Positions 34,745 to 47,456 of a stretch of 64,000 bases of DNA are shown in pieces. The position numbers and the translations under genes are program-made. Numbering within the stretch: the first letter of the stretch is position 1; the number at the start of each line of letters is the position of its first letter. This DNA is from Macrostomum lignano (lineage: Eukaryota). Under the pieces are notes generated by a model, which saw nothing but the letters and a program-made list of their open reading frames with translations, ran no database searches and had not been told where the DNA came from. The DNA lies in assembly GCA_002269645.1 (NCBI GenBank), contig NIVC01000201.1, positions 248,001 through 312,000 of the forward strand. The letters are read 5' to 3'.

Positions 34745-37700
34745 CTTGTCCAGGATCGTTTCGTATCGAAAAAGCTCATTAAAAGCTTTCTTTGTTGCAC
34801 CAAAAACACTTTTTGTTTTCGACAGCAAATGGATTGCATGCGCGAAAAACTCATAAGCCTAAAAAAGGCGTAGGCATCATAAGCGTAAAACTCTAAAATA
34901 GTCTTTATGCTTTAAACTTTGTTCCACGGACCTACAGACACCTTTGCAGCGCGAGACTTGATCTATAGTTCCATTGGCATACACGAAGGAGTAATTTTTT
35001 GGTGGCAAATACGAGCTATACTAGTTCCAGTAGTACAAAACCTTTAAACTAGTCTTTCCAAGCCAAAAGTCGACCCTTGTGCTTTGTCAAGTACAGAGCA
35101 TGCATTGGAGAATAGTTATTCGTGTTTAGCAAACGTTCTGCCAAATCTCTGCAAAAAGTTGTTATTTTAATCACTTAATTCTTTACAACAACGAATTAAA
35201 ACGAACTGCGCTAAATTATCTTGCGACATTTCTTGATTTTGTTATAAAAAAGTGTCCAATGTGTCCAGTGCCAGCTTTTATGGACACCCAAGATTTTCTT
35301 TACGTTTAATTCAATAGATTTAGATTATTATACCTATTAAGACGTGACTTTTATTATTTCAAGAATTTCTTTCGTGTAGTTTAAGTTTTAAATATTAATA
35401 TGAGCGTAATTTAGTTTTAGAAGAAGAATACACGGCCAAACCAATAAAGTTGTAGTTTTAGTTAAAGAAAATGCAAAAGACTAATCTCCATTTGCAATGG
35501 GGTGAAAAGAATGCGTAACCTTAACGGCTTGAATCCTATACGATGCCACCAAATGTGATAGGTTTAAAATTAATGCGACTTGCCGGAATGAAATATTGAA
35601 CTAATGCTAATTTGGCTACCAACGACAAGTAGTCTGTCGCGGATATTATATATAGCACCGAAAAGAGACAGGCCCTTTGTCTCGAGTGACCTATAGTTTC
35701 CTATGGACCCTATGTCTCGCGGGACTCTAGATTTCCGCTGGGCTCCTTGTCTCCTAGGCTCTTTGTCTAGTTGCAAACTATGAATCACTTGTACTTTAGC
35801 ACGGCGGTGACTCAGCGTCTGGCACAACTCAGACAGGCCCTTTGTCCGCGATTGTTAGCTCCGCAATGAGCGGAGTGACTTGGTCCTCTATTTCCGGTAA
35901 CAACAAAGGTTCCAAAAAACTTAGAATTTCGGTAGCTACGAAAATATGGCCTAAGGCTTTACTGCTTATATTGCACCAGCCGAAGAGCGTTACCCTGAGA
36001 TGGTCTGATAAAGTAATGCCAATGGTTTCTTGATATATTACGTTCCCCGATAAGTCAATCCGAAAGCTAGATAAGTCACGAAAGGTAGTTCGCTGCCGCA
36101 TATCGAAGCTATGATTAAATGACTGAGACAAATCGCTATCAAAGAAGATTTTGATTAAATTGAACTTAATAGCTTAAATTGAGTTTCGAAATAATAATAA
36201 ATTGACGTAGTTATTAAACGATAACTTAATAAATAAATAAAGTAGTGCACCAGCAGTAAAATAATAACGACTTAACAATAATTAATTAGCTAAGATAAGC
36301 TCGGCCTCCTGTGTCCTTACTAAACATAGTCTGTTAGAGCTAAGATTTAAGTCTACCTGACTAAGCTCAGTAGTTACGAGCTTCACTCACACTAAGACTC
36401 ATAACGAGTACTAATCACTAGTCATTAACTAAGTCAATTATCAGGCACTACAGGCCGGGCCTACACAAGACAATAGTACTAGACTGGGAGCACACAGTCC
36501 GGGCTAGAAAAACGAGAGCCAAGGCAAGAGCGCAATTTAGAACTGGTGCGCGCGGTATTTATATACCCGCAAAGCTAGTGCATTAAAACTAACTAAAACT
36601 AAAACTAACAGTCACTTTGTCGCGCAGATACGGTATGCTATTCGTTGGCGCTTGTGCACGAGCTTCAGTGAATTAAATTTGCATGTTAGTATTACGTCAT
36701 TATTCATAAATAATATAATAATTGATTGCGTGATTAACGAGTAATCCCAGGAGTCCTACCATACATGTACATTCTAAAATAAAGACGTTATAGAGATTAT
36801 AATATTATTGATTAGACATAGTATACTTGGTAAATACTGAAATGGAGCAATCACATGAACAGATTACTAGCAAAATTTGATGAAGAGTTAAAAAATGTCT
36901 GAGATAGGTCCCAATATTCAAATGCTTAAGTTGCATTGCTAGTTTTTGTTAGTTCCACTTGGTAGAATTCTGTGCTCGTTTGAGACACTTTTACACACTT
37001 CACGTCCTGTGTAAGAATTGGCGAGTTGATATATAGGTGTTGAATTTGGCTAGAAATAGCAATTGATGACATGGTTTCCGTTCTTGACTCGGTATTTGTA
37101 GGCCTATTGCGAGCTATTGCGATTGTTAGGTTGTTGTAACCGACTAGTGGTGATGGTGTACGCAGTTGGTCTAGGACAGTTGTTGGTGGTGGTCGTGGGT
37201 TCGTTGGTGGACTAATTGATTGACTAATAGATCTTAGGTAAGTGCGATCTAGCTTGGTTGTTTGTCTCTCACTATGAATCGAAGTCACTCTTGCAAGAGT
37301 TGTAGAAGATGACATTGCAGAATTGGATGCGGTTGCCTGCTCATCGCGTAAAGGCACCATTCTTGATTGCTGTAGAAATGGTTAGATGAGGGTAAATTTG
37401 GTAAGCGTATATGCAATATGTATACAGAATCTGAACTAGCAGACAATCAATCTAAACAGAAATCGAACTAGCAGACAATCAATCTAGAAACTGAATTAAA
37501 GTAGGTAATTATCTTACCTTTTTTAACACAGCTCTCGGCCAATTCCTCCTGACGTGATCGCTTCATTTGACTAACGATGCAAGTATAGTCGAACAACTGG
37601 TGTAATGTAAACTTAGTTTGAGTTTTATTGAATGTTTTCCTTGTGTGCTGTATATATAGACACGCTGGCGATGACAAATTATAATATAATATAATATAAT

Positions 37701-39750
37701 AATATTAATATTATATATGAATCATATTATACATATATATACACACAAAAGCATGCAGACGTGGTTGGTATAGTATCTGTAAACCTTTTGCTCAAGTTAG
37801 TGGGAAAAACTATTCGTACTTGATAATAGAGAATTTTTTATCTTTCTTCAAAAGGGTGATAATAATCGCAAGTTTTCAATTCCACATTTCGATAACACTT
37901 AAAATGTGTGAATAGCTTTGAAGTTAATTTAACTTGAGTAAAATCTTATGAATAGTGTGTTTGTGTCACCATTCCTAGATTCGTTAACCTTGTATTTTGG
38001 ACAGGTGTCTATGCACATGTCATTCGTCTGGATAACCAATTATTCGTTGCGTAAAAGTTACTCAACGTGCACTTGAAATTTTAGACTGTGTGTACATGGA
38101 ATTTCAAACTGCGTGCACATAAAATTTCGGACTGCCACTTTTTGGGCCTTTACTAACTATATATTTCGCCAAAAGGAAATCGGCTTTGTTAAAAAAGCGT
38201 ATACTACTAATCTGTTGTCAAGAGATCAAACTCGCTGGCGATGACAAAAATTGAAAACAATCAAGTTGATTAGCTCGATGCGGTTTCAGATACAAGACTG
38301 TACCTTGCTTGCGACCGATGGATATCAGAACTTTAAATGCAACTCTTTTCTTACGGATCGGTTCGGACCGGACTGCTGCAGTCCGGTCCACACCTTCGTG
38401 GGACGTATTTAATAGTGTGCTTGCATGGCTTTTGCGATTAACTCGAGTGTCACGTTATTGGCGTAGCGGCTAACTATGGCTATGACCCTTAAAAGGGCCG
38501 TTTTGACGAGAGTTGTAGTGAGTCGTAGTCTCAAAATAAGTTGAAGTCAACTCTTGTAAAGCGGATTTTGTAGCGGAGCGCTTAGCGATAAAGGCAGGAA
38601 CTGCCGTAGTTGTTTTTATTGGTAGTATCAATATTAGGCTTGGTTATTACTGTCAATACACAAACTATAGCTTTCTGGGCACTGGCGGCTGCAACAATGG
38701 TTTTTGAAGATAAATTGAATGTGAAGTCAAGTGGCAGACGAATGATGCAATGGCGACGTAACGTGATGAGCAATGGCAATGAGCACAGTGAAGGCAGTGA
38801 GACGCAGTAGGCAGGCAGATGAGCAGTGGCGAGGTTGGCGTCAGCCGTGGCGTGAGATAAGGAGGCTCGAGGCAGCCAGACAGAGAGAAGGAAAACAAGG
38901 CTAGACAAGGCTAGGCAAGCCAGACGGGACGGAGGACAAGCCTAAGGAGAGAGAACACCGAACACAAGTGAAGCCCCCAGCCCGCCAGGCGAAGGTTAAT
39001 AAAGAGCGCAAAAGGGGGTAGCGTAAAACACGGAGAGTTTTCATTGGCTGGCGAGAGGACTTGAAATTATCGATCGTGCCAAAATTCACAGACGGGCGCA
39101 AGGTCTATCAAATACACAGTGAATTAGCAGTTGATACAGATTATTTGCACGCTACTATAAGTAAACGTTAAAATAAACTATTGGAGAAATTAAAATGAGA
39201 AATTGCAAGGGAAACTATAGTCCAACGGCCCTTTTGCGGGACCACTTAAACTAGCAACGTCACACGAGCATCAAGTCTAGCTGTTCGATTGCTCCATATT
39301 GCCAATTACTACCTCAAGATGGAAAATCATCAATTTTTGTCAATAGCTGATTAATAACACGTGCGAACCAGTCATTGTAGGCCTCGGGAGATAACAGCAT
39401 GTCACTATTTGCAATAGTCTCATCGAATGATATTGTCGCATTGTTGGTATTGAAATAGGCCGAGATTATCTCCTTGCTTGATTCATTGCCGTCGCCGTCG
39501 TCTGCTGCTGTCTGTTTCGGTCGAGATAGTTTCACTTTTAAGTGAAAGCAGACTCATTAATAAACTAGGCGAATCAATTTTTATCAATATTTTAAATATT
39601 GGTCCTCTTAAAGGTGCAATCAACTCGGCAGGAAGTAAAACCCGAGCTCTCTTGTTCACTCTGTTCAAGAGTTGGAGTAAATTCAATAAAATTAACCCAA
39701 CCACGATAAGCTGACTCGCGCAAAGCGATGGACCACCCATCTGGTGGGTT
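34745..39750 (-). pseudogene. Protein-primed family-B DNA polymerase (pPolB) of the Maverick, highly degraded
   Basis: Motifs appear in the expected order: IDDF..GSNW (39300), LRRHC and LRYK..F..VDFNL.*DYDS (38515-38750), LDCFQFLSS, KKGK..YFNS (37480), LFGAIYNIRDR (35650), LNTNNYSPMHALY..KGRLLAWKD (35050-35170), PKNYSF..CKGV..KHKDY..KKALMSFFDTKR (34750-35020). The middle motifs are weak. Confidence 0.7.
37679..38232 (-). mobile_element. 554-bp insertion (probably a 5'-truncated non-LTR retroposon) inside pPolB
   Basis: Flanked by a perfect 16-bp direct repeat CGCTGGCGATGACAAA (37663-78, 38233-48), with an (ATTAT)n tail at one end. Removal joins LDCFQF-LSSPA-CLYIQ in one frame. Confidence 0.75.
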
Positions 39751-41799
39751 TTCGAGCAGGTTTTGCAGCGATCCGGTCAGTAATCGTTACGGCGAAAAAC
39801 AATCACAATGCGAGTGGGGATGCAGCTCAGCTTGATTGCTGAACTTTTTTCGGCATTGTGCACGTGGCATTGTGTGCACCTAGCTAGTGCACTGGGCCGT
39901 ATCGAGCACAATATTATTAGGTTCAGAGTTAACTACGGTATGTCATTTGCGGCTGTAAGAAAAAATGATGATTTGGTTTGGTTGGATTTAGCTGACACAT
40001 TTACTAGACATGAGGAAACAAGGCAAAATGTTTGTGAAATAATGCATCGCAACTGCGATTTGATTATAATTGTTTACTTGTTTAGTTCAGTTTAGTTAAC
40101 ATTTGAGATTTAAAAATCATTGACATGGTTAAGATATTCAATTCATGACTGTTTTGAACACCCATAAGAACAAAATTTTTCGAAAAAAATGTTACAAAAA
40201 GCCTTTGTTTTGATGTTGATTAAAAAAACTGCTTGTGGAAAATTTTCTGCGTCGTATCCAACTAGATAATCCGAATAGTAACCTGCATACTCTTTTTAGA
40301 CTAGGGAACCCGAATTTTGGCCAAAGATGACCAATAAAGCCAACAGTGACTGCTATGAATTTTTACTGAATCGTAATGTACACAATTAATAGTATCGTTG
40401 ATAAATCGTAAAACTAAAACTACCTGACAATTTAATTTACAATTATATATAGTTTAGTTTCCTGCTGGACAAAGTTAGATTTTAGCGTTTTAATAAATTA
40501 AACTACCTTTAGCATTGTTGATCGGCTTAAGAATAGTTTGCAAAACTGGTTTCTGGCCTGTAGCTTCTGTTTGACCTGCTTTAAATCAATTTTTTTAAGC
40601 GGACGCAGATTCAGACTCGCAGTAACTATTAATAGGACAAGTCGCTAAAACGGAAAATAATAATTTTAACATGACTATTCTATCGTAAATTCTGATAAAT
40701 TACAAAACCTGGTTGGCATACAAGGAGTTAACGGCAGGAAAAATGTTTTGAGCGTTTTTTCCTAAATAATGTTTCCCTAGCCAAATTTGACAAATATAGT
40801 AGAAAATTTTAGTTAAAACTTTATGGGTAAAAACTTTGTCGAAATTTTTACTCATCATCATCAGAGCTGTACGAATCGTCCGATGAAGACAAGCTAGCTG
40901 TAGTAGCGTCCGCAGCACCGCAGCAGCAGCAGCAGCATGCTTTAAAAATGCCGTCTGGCTGCTGTACTCACCAAGATCTTTAGTGGAGCCTCCACCCAGT
41001 CTGTACCATCAGCTCCACCAGAATTGCTTTGCTGTTTAGCACTGCGTTTTCGCACTTGTTTTTAAACGGTTCAGTAGACGTCGCATTCGATGGAGGTTTA
41101 TTTGATTCAGCAGTCTGACGCTGGTGCTTAATTGTAGCTAACTTGGTAGGCGTCACCTCGCTTGAAGTCTGCAGGCTTTGTTTCTCTGCTTTTGCTGGCA
41201 GGTAGACGGGGACGGACTCCTTACTGGCTTGCTTGCAGGCAGGTGTGCAAGCACACGTCAAGGTCAAGGACTACTATACGTTACTTTAGTCGTCCTTGGT
41301 CAAGGTGCTGCAACATGTCAGAAGATTCGATAAGCGTTAGAGAGCGTACAGTGAATGTAATACGCCAGACGAGGCTCCCTTTCGGACAATACAAGCTCGT
41401 TGCTTGCACTGTCATTTGGTAGGTACCGCTGACTCAGAAAATCAGAAATGAGCATCTCTTTTCCATGTGGATGTTCATTGTCGATCCTGATTGTGGCATA
41501 AGGATAAGCAGACTTTATAGCCAGCCATTGTTGAGGCACATACCCGAGGACGTCGTTAGCATGCTGATGAGGTGCTTTTGTTATTCGTGTCAACGTTCGA
41601 GCATCTTGGATCTCGTTCAACTTGGCCGATAGACTGTTTTCGACATGGCTGCAAAACATTGTATTAATTATTATTTATAGTCCTTTAAATTAATCGCGAG
41701 TCGCGAGAGTCGTGCTTAAAAGGCGAGTTGTCGAATTCCGGCCTTTCTGCGATTCCGCGAAAAAGCTCCATAGGAGCTTTGGTTTGGAGAATTATTGGA

Positions 41800-42720
41800 T
41801 ACCATTTTTTACTCTTGATTAAAGCCTTCCACGCAATAGACTGAAACTGGCAGGATGAACTGGTTGTGGATTTAGACTGTTCTCGAATTTAATAAATCGG
41901 ATTTGCCTCGGAGCGCAAAATTACTCTATTGATGCAAGCGACCATGTCTTACAAGCGATCGAATTTTAGTATTAATTCTTTTGCTGCAATGAGAGCTCAT
42001 TAAAAATTACCCATTTTCGGGTCTTGCGTCTATAGCAAGCATTGCATGATATGCAGTCATATATTGCCCGAGCAGCATTTTTACGCAATACGCTAGTCTC
42101 CAAGACGTATCATTTTAACGTAAATACTGGCATTACCTGCACTACACGGCATGTCAGTTCATGCCTTAAAACGCTGCATTGGTCTCAAGCGTAGTGCCCT
42201 GCAACTGGTCACATACTGCATGAAAAAAGCAATTCCCATCACCCGGGATCCGAACAACACCTAGCGTATTTTAAAGGAACCACAGCTGGTGTGGCCAACT
42301 CACCACTGTCAAACCTGAAAGATTGAAGTTATAATTAAGACAGAGCTTTTTTATATACTCTGTATATTTACAATTGCAAAAAAGTCATAAATGGACAAGA
42401 ATTAGAATGTTTTTACAGAAGGCTTTGCCAACAAGATAGTACCATTGCACTAATTCTGTTACGAATTTTTCATTGGTGTCAATCTTACCACTTGTTGGCT
42501 TGATTTAGTCTGCACAGGACAGCTGGTCAGAGGCATTCACTTAGGGGCATGTAAATTTCAAGCATTACTAATGAGCATGTAAGAACAGTTTGCAACCCTC
42601 CTCCTTTTGCAACCAGGCTTGGGACTGGCTTCGGCGGAGTTAAAGCCATCGCAAGAGGGTGCATTTGCATGTACGAGGACCATTCCAAAAGTTCATGCAA
42701 TCAGAGAAGAGATTTTCTCT
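41800..42720 (-). mobile_element. Degenerate second copy of the OTU-Helitron
   Basis: 42170-42330 aligns with the OTU segment 51570-51720; 42365-42710 aligns with 48455-48715. Confidence 0.75.
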
Positions 42721-42724
42721 CTCA

Positions 42725-42925
42725 TGAGCTAATTTGAGCTTTTATCACTGCACTACGAGACTCTGGCCGAACCCTTCAATCGGAACACTTAATTCATTCA
42801 ATTTTCCTATCGCTTGGAAGACGAGTCTAATTAAGCTTCTATCATTGCACTACGATACTCTCTGGCCGAACCCTTCAGCCGGAACACTTACTTCATTTAA
42901 TTTTCCTACAGCTTAGGAGACGACT
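42725..42925. repeat. Two tandem ~100-bp units
   Basis: TGCACTACGA...TCTGGCCGAACCCTTCA..CGGAACACTTA...TTTTCCTA repeated twice. Confidence 0.8.
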
Positions 42926-43234
42926 TTAACAAACTCACAAAGTAGCAAAAATCAACTTTTAATCAACGGGCATACATAATATAAAATCTCTTCCTTAATC
43001 TGCACAAATGCACCGGTAATTAATAAACTTCTGGATTGGCCCACGTATTAGAGTGTAAGAAATCTACCAGGGACATACAAAAGCAGCAAAATGTCCATTT
43101 TAGCCTAAAAGCCTAAAAACCTAGACTCTTTCAGGCCCAGCACGTCTGCAGCCAGCCTGCTATCAACATTGGCAATTGCAAAAATATTCCTTGCAATAAT
43201 GTAACACTTCATTTTTAATGTTCCAATGAAGATA

Positions 43235-43465
43235 GCTGAAATTCTCAGAAATCCCATTAGCTGAAATTCGCAGAAATACCATTAGCTGAAAATCTTAGAA
43301 TGCCCTGCCCATAAGCTGAAATTCTCAGAAATCTCATTAGCTGAAATTCTGAGAAATCCCATTAGCTGAATTTTTCAGAAATCCCATTAGCTGAAATTCT
43401 GAGAAATCCCATTAGCTGAAATTCTCAGAAATCCCATTAGCTGAAATTCTCAGAGTGCCCCATTA
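43235..43465. repeat. 25-bp minisatellite (TAGCTGAAATTCTCAGAAATCCCAT)
   Basis: Unit read directly. Confidence 0.9.
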
Positions 43466-44009
43466 AAGAACTTCTTAGAATGCAATTAAACGGTTGCTAT
43501 TGGGTTACCCACTATAGTGGTTTTTGCGTATTAAAAACTTTAATCAATTTTTCAGTCCATCTATATCTTAAATAGCGCATATCCTAAATTTTAGTCTCCA
43601 AATTTGGCTTACGCACCCAATCTAAAAGAACTTTATATTCATGCCAATGCCAATGCAGCAGGAATTTTAGCATGTAGGGCCAGGGTAGCAATTCTTTTTT
43701 CCATGCTAAAACTTTACTTGTGATGGCTTTTCAACACATGTGCTTCAATAACTCACTGATTTCTTGAACTGCCAGATAAATCTTCGCATGACATTCTCCT
43801 TGTTTCATCCGCCTGCCTGTATAGTTTCTTTAGAAAGGTATATTTAATGAACAAAAATTTACAAGTCTGTATATTACTCGGTCAGGAATGTATAAAAATC
43901 TGTTTTAAGCAATGTTGTAGTACGTTAGTGTGTAGAAACAAATTAAATAATGTAAAAAAATTGTAAAATTAAATAATGTAAATGTAAAATAATGTAAAAT
44001 AAAAAATGT

Positions 44010-45296
44010 AAAAAATTTTGCATGTTCAATGAACACGCGCACTTTTATTCCTTCTCCAAAGTCCAAGTTCATTTCGTCTACATCCCGGAAGGATTCGTGC
44101 GAAGCCGGTAGTTGCATAAAAATTCGCCTGTTGTTTTCCCTTTGGTCAGAAGAGTCACCAACCGCGCCTGATGGACACGGAGCACCCAGAGGTTAAAACT
44201 GAGTTTCATGTACCAGTACTGGTATCATGTACTGGTATTCGTGTACCAGTCAGTCAAAGTCGTAACCTCTGTGCTCTGTGTCGTCCGAGTTGAGCCGAAC
44301 TTCAGAGCAAGTACATCCAAGTACAACAGCGCCGGCGTACTCCTGTACTTTTGCTCGTCGTATCGACAAAATGTCGCCGACACTCCAATTGACAGTTTGA
44401 TCGGAGGACGACCCCCAAAACGTGCAGGAGACAGAACGACAGGACTGGTCAACAAGAGTCACTGGCTACGTTTATCCGCTTCCCAGCCTTCGTCACAACT
44501 TCCTCGGGCTGCTGCAGTGTGTAGATTGCTCCAAGGACATCGACTTTTCCAATAAAAGGCAATTAAGAGGGGACAATTTTTAAAGTCTTTTAAAACCTCA
44601 AAACGCTTTTTGAAGTTCATTTGAATCCTACCTACATCAATAGACGAATGAATATAATGGACTGCTAGTCTAGCCAGCATCAAAGGATGAAGGCATAGAA
44701 TGGATTGCTAATCTAGTCGAAATAATTTATAAAAGCCGAACATACACTACTGTGCTACACAATTGCTGATACAATTCACATTTTCTATACTAATTTGTCT
44801 ATTGTACATATATATTGTATACTGTCTGTCTATACAATACATACAAGTAGATAGATCCAATGCAACTTACCCTTGCAGGCGTACGTTTTGAAGGTCGCTT
44901 ATTCGCGTATAGTTACACGCCCGTTCACTAACAGTCGGAACTTCATTGCTTCGATATATTGATCCCTTGGAGTCAACTGAAAGAGACACCTCCATAGGAT
45001 TATTTGTGCTGTTGTATCTCGGATCTGAAGTCTACCATTCCACCGGCTATGCGAACAGCATCGGAAGTATTGCAAAAATTCCCAAATAGACCGCAGGTCC
45101 TTGCCGAAAACGCTGACTCTCATCTTAGCCGAGTCGTCCACCAAGACGAATGAAATAACTTCGTTTCGAACTTCGTTTTTCGTGTACAACTTGATCTCCT
45201 TCAACTCGGTCACGAGGCCAGTAACCGCTGCATTCATGTAGCCCAGTTCAGGCCGGAGATTTAAGCCTTAATCTTCTTGCTGATTGTAGACGCCAT
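44010..45296 (-). pseudogene. RPA70-like OB-fold ssDNA-binding protein gene, frameshifted, with at least one intron
   Basis: The first OB fold reads NLRPELGYMNAAVTGLVTELKEIKLY...SFVLVDDSAKMRVSVFG. The linker PRYNSTNNPMEV...YTRISDLQN is followed by a GT donor at 44870. The second OB fold reads TLVDQSCRSVSCTFWG...ILSIRRAKVQEYAG...RLNSD..LTDWY, resembling RPA70 DBD-B. Confidence 0.75.
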
Positions 45297-45430
45297 TGTT
45301 TCTAAGTTGTTTAGTTTTAACAAAGTAGAAACAAAACTTAGAAAATAGAAAGAGTTTCTAGAAATGTTGCAGTGCAAAATACTTCAGTAGAAATAGCAGA
45401 TTCAAAAACACAATTGCAATACATTTTGAC

Positions 45431-45491
45431 TTAAATAGTCAAGCCTACACCCCAATCACCACCAGTCAACCCACACCACTAAACAGCCAAT
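45431..45491 (-). promoter_or_regulatory. TATA-like box (TATTTAA) with two upstream CCAAT boxes for the RPA70-like gene
   Basis: TATTTAA at 45437-45431 and CCAAT cores at 45452-56 and 45487-91, ~135 bp upstream of the ATG. Confidence 0.45.
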
Positions 45492-46594
45492 CAGAATACA
45501 GATACCCCTCCCTCCCCTGTCTGCAATCTCTTCGTTTCCAGACTAAATCCGCCGGGGTGGGTGGGGTCTAGACCTTACAAAAGCGTGATCTCGCGAGGCT
45601 AATTGAACTGCCACGGCCAACCCCTCTCAAGGTTATCTGCGATTATCGTTTTTGTGTTTTGTATTTTGAGTTTTGTGTTCTATATATTTAGTTAAGAGAA
45701 GATAATAATTTTCTTTAAAGTCAACACCATTAAACCAGTTATCCTGGGTTACTTTATGATGTTCTGGAGATGCACAAGTGAAAAGATGGATTTTATTAAA
45801 TTAGTCTTTGTATGGCATCCATTATTTAGCATGCAAAATGTCCATTTCAGAAGACTAAACGAGGCGAGTATTTTAAACAGTACAATGATCTTCGGCGCAA
45901 GCGCCAGGCACCAATGGCTGCTGCATCAGGACCTACTGCCAAATCACAAAAGCAGTATCAGCGAGAGTACAGATGGCGCAAAGCAGCGCAGTCGCATCAA
46001 CTGATCAAGAACCGACATTAAAAAGTAGGCTGATAGCACATGGAGCAAGAAGTTCTGATCATCAACACAAGACTAATTACAACTGCGTCAAACATGTGCC
46101 GGGATTAGTGTACGGGAATCAAAATATTTTTTAATTGTTAAATAAATTGCTGTTCCATTGTTGAAACTGCTTAAATTTAATTAGATTACCTTTGCCTTAC
46201 ATTTTTTGCTCCACGTTAACTTTTGTTTGAATTTAATTTGGATGACGTTGTTCTTTCTATTAATACTCACACTGCATTTACTATGTATAGTGTGCTTTTG
46301 GTAATCTTTTTATGTTTTTCACTGTTACGTTAAGTCGTTATATTGCATTCTCATACTGCTGTTTCCTTCTTTTTTCACTGCTACAAACTACTAGCCAATC
46401 AGCATCTTTTGCATTTACAGTGTTATAAATACACACCTAAAAAACTGTTTCTCCCATTTTGTTACCCAGATCCACTACCAAACTCAAAACTCTTGAGAGA
46501 ATTTTACCTTAACTTCTATTTGCTTTTAATCAGAAGTGAATAATTATTACAATGGGAAATTGTCAGCCTAAGCAATTTTCTTACAATAGGCAAA

Positions 46595-46925
46595 TTAAAC
46601 CATCAATTGTAACTTTTGGTAACTTTTAAGAGCTTCTCACCAGAAGCGAATGGAAACATCAATGGCAACTTTTGAGAACTTTTGGGAGCTTCTCAACAGA
46701 AACGAATGGAAACATCAATGGCAACTTTTGGGAACTTTTAGTAACTCCCTATCCCCGTACGTGTAAAATTGAAATGGTAACTTTTGGTAACTTTTCTGCA
46801 AAAAGTTACCATATTAGAAAAGTTACCATATTCCGGCCCTCTGATTGGCTATGTGTGTAAATGTTTCCTAACGCGTACGCCTTCCGATTGGCTGCGAGAA
46901 TGGTAACCTTTTGGTAACTTTCATA
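46595..46925. repeat. Cluster of GGTAACTTT/GGCAACTTT motifs in both orientations, including a ~45-bp duplication
   Basis: Motifs read directly; inverted copies AAAAGTTACC at ~46801 and ~46818. Confidence 0.75.
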
Positions 46926-47301
46926 GGCAAATGTTCCCATAAATGTTTCCATAATTTTTCAACGGGATCGTACGTATTGTTACTGCTTTTTCATTTCACC
47001 TCTCTTAAAAGTGTAGAGTTTTATAAATACTTAAAACTTACACAAACTTTCTTCTTTCTTGTTAACTCTTAAAGCAAACAACCCGTAGAGTTCTAAATAC
47101 AGAACGCGTACACACATTTGCTTTCTCTCTTTCTTCACTCTTTGAAGCAAACGAACCAATCGTACAATCTTTAGTACAATCTTACAAACTATCAATCTTA
47201 GTCAAATTATTAAATTTAATTCTAGGCTTAAGTATAAATCAAACACGATTGTGTTAAATTAAAAAAACTGACAATTTCACCATACCTGCCTTCTTTCACA
47301 G

Positions 47302-47456
47302 AAATAGAATGCTACTTCTGCGGGGAAAATCACTGAGTGTCTCGCTGCGAGGCAGTGAAGCAATACTACGCACAACAGCGGCATGAGCAGCAGGCACAGC
47401 AGCAGCAGGAGAAGCAGCAACAGCAGCAGCAGCGACAGCAGCAGCACAAGCAATAG
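47302..47456 (+). pseudogene. Exon-like remnant: CX2CX3HX4C zinc knuckle followed by polyglutamine
   Basis: After a polypyrimidine-AG acceptor it reads IECYFCGENH*VSRCEAVKQYYAQQRHEQQAQQQQEKQQQQQRQQQHKQ*. Confidence 0.45.

Larger units (their letters stand above)
31650..39800 (-). mobile_element. Decayed Maverick/Polinton (adintovirus-like) endogenous viral element, termini not found
   Basis: Co-oriented minus-strand pseudogenes for pPolB, dUTPase, PLA2, packaging ATPase, minor capsid and a GGFLP protein (see the individual features). Confidence 0.85.

Noticed and set aside
38484-39245. Two histone-3'-stem-loop-like motifs (AACGGCCCTTTT...) facing outward at 38484-38504 and 39224-39245
   Set aside because: No histone coding sequence lies upstream of either, the right-hand stem pairs poorly, and both lie within the decayed pPolB reading region. 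Treated as coincidence.
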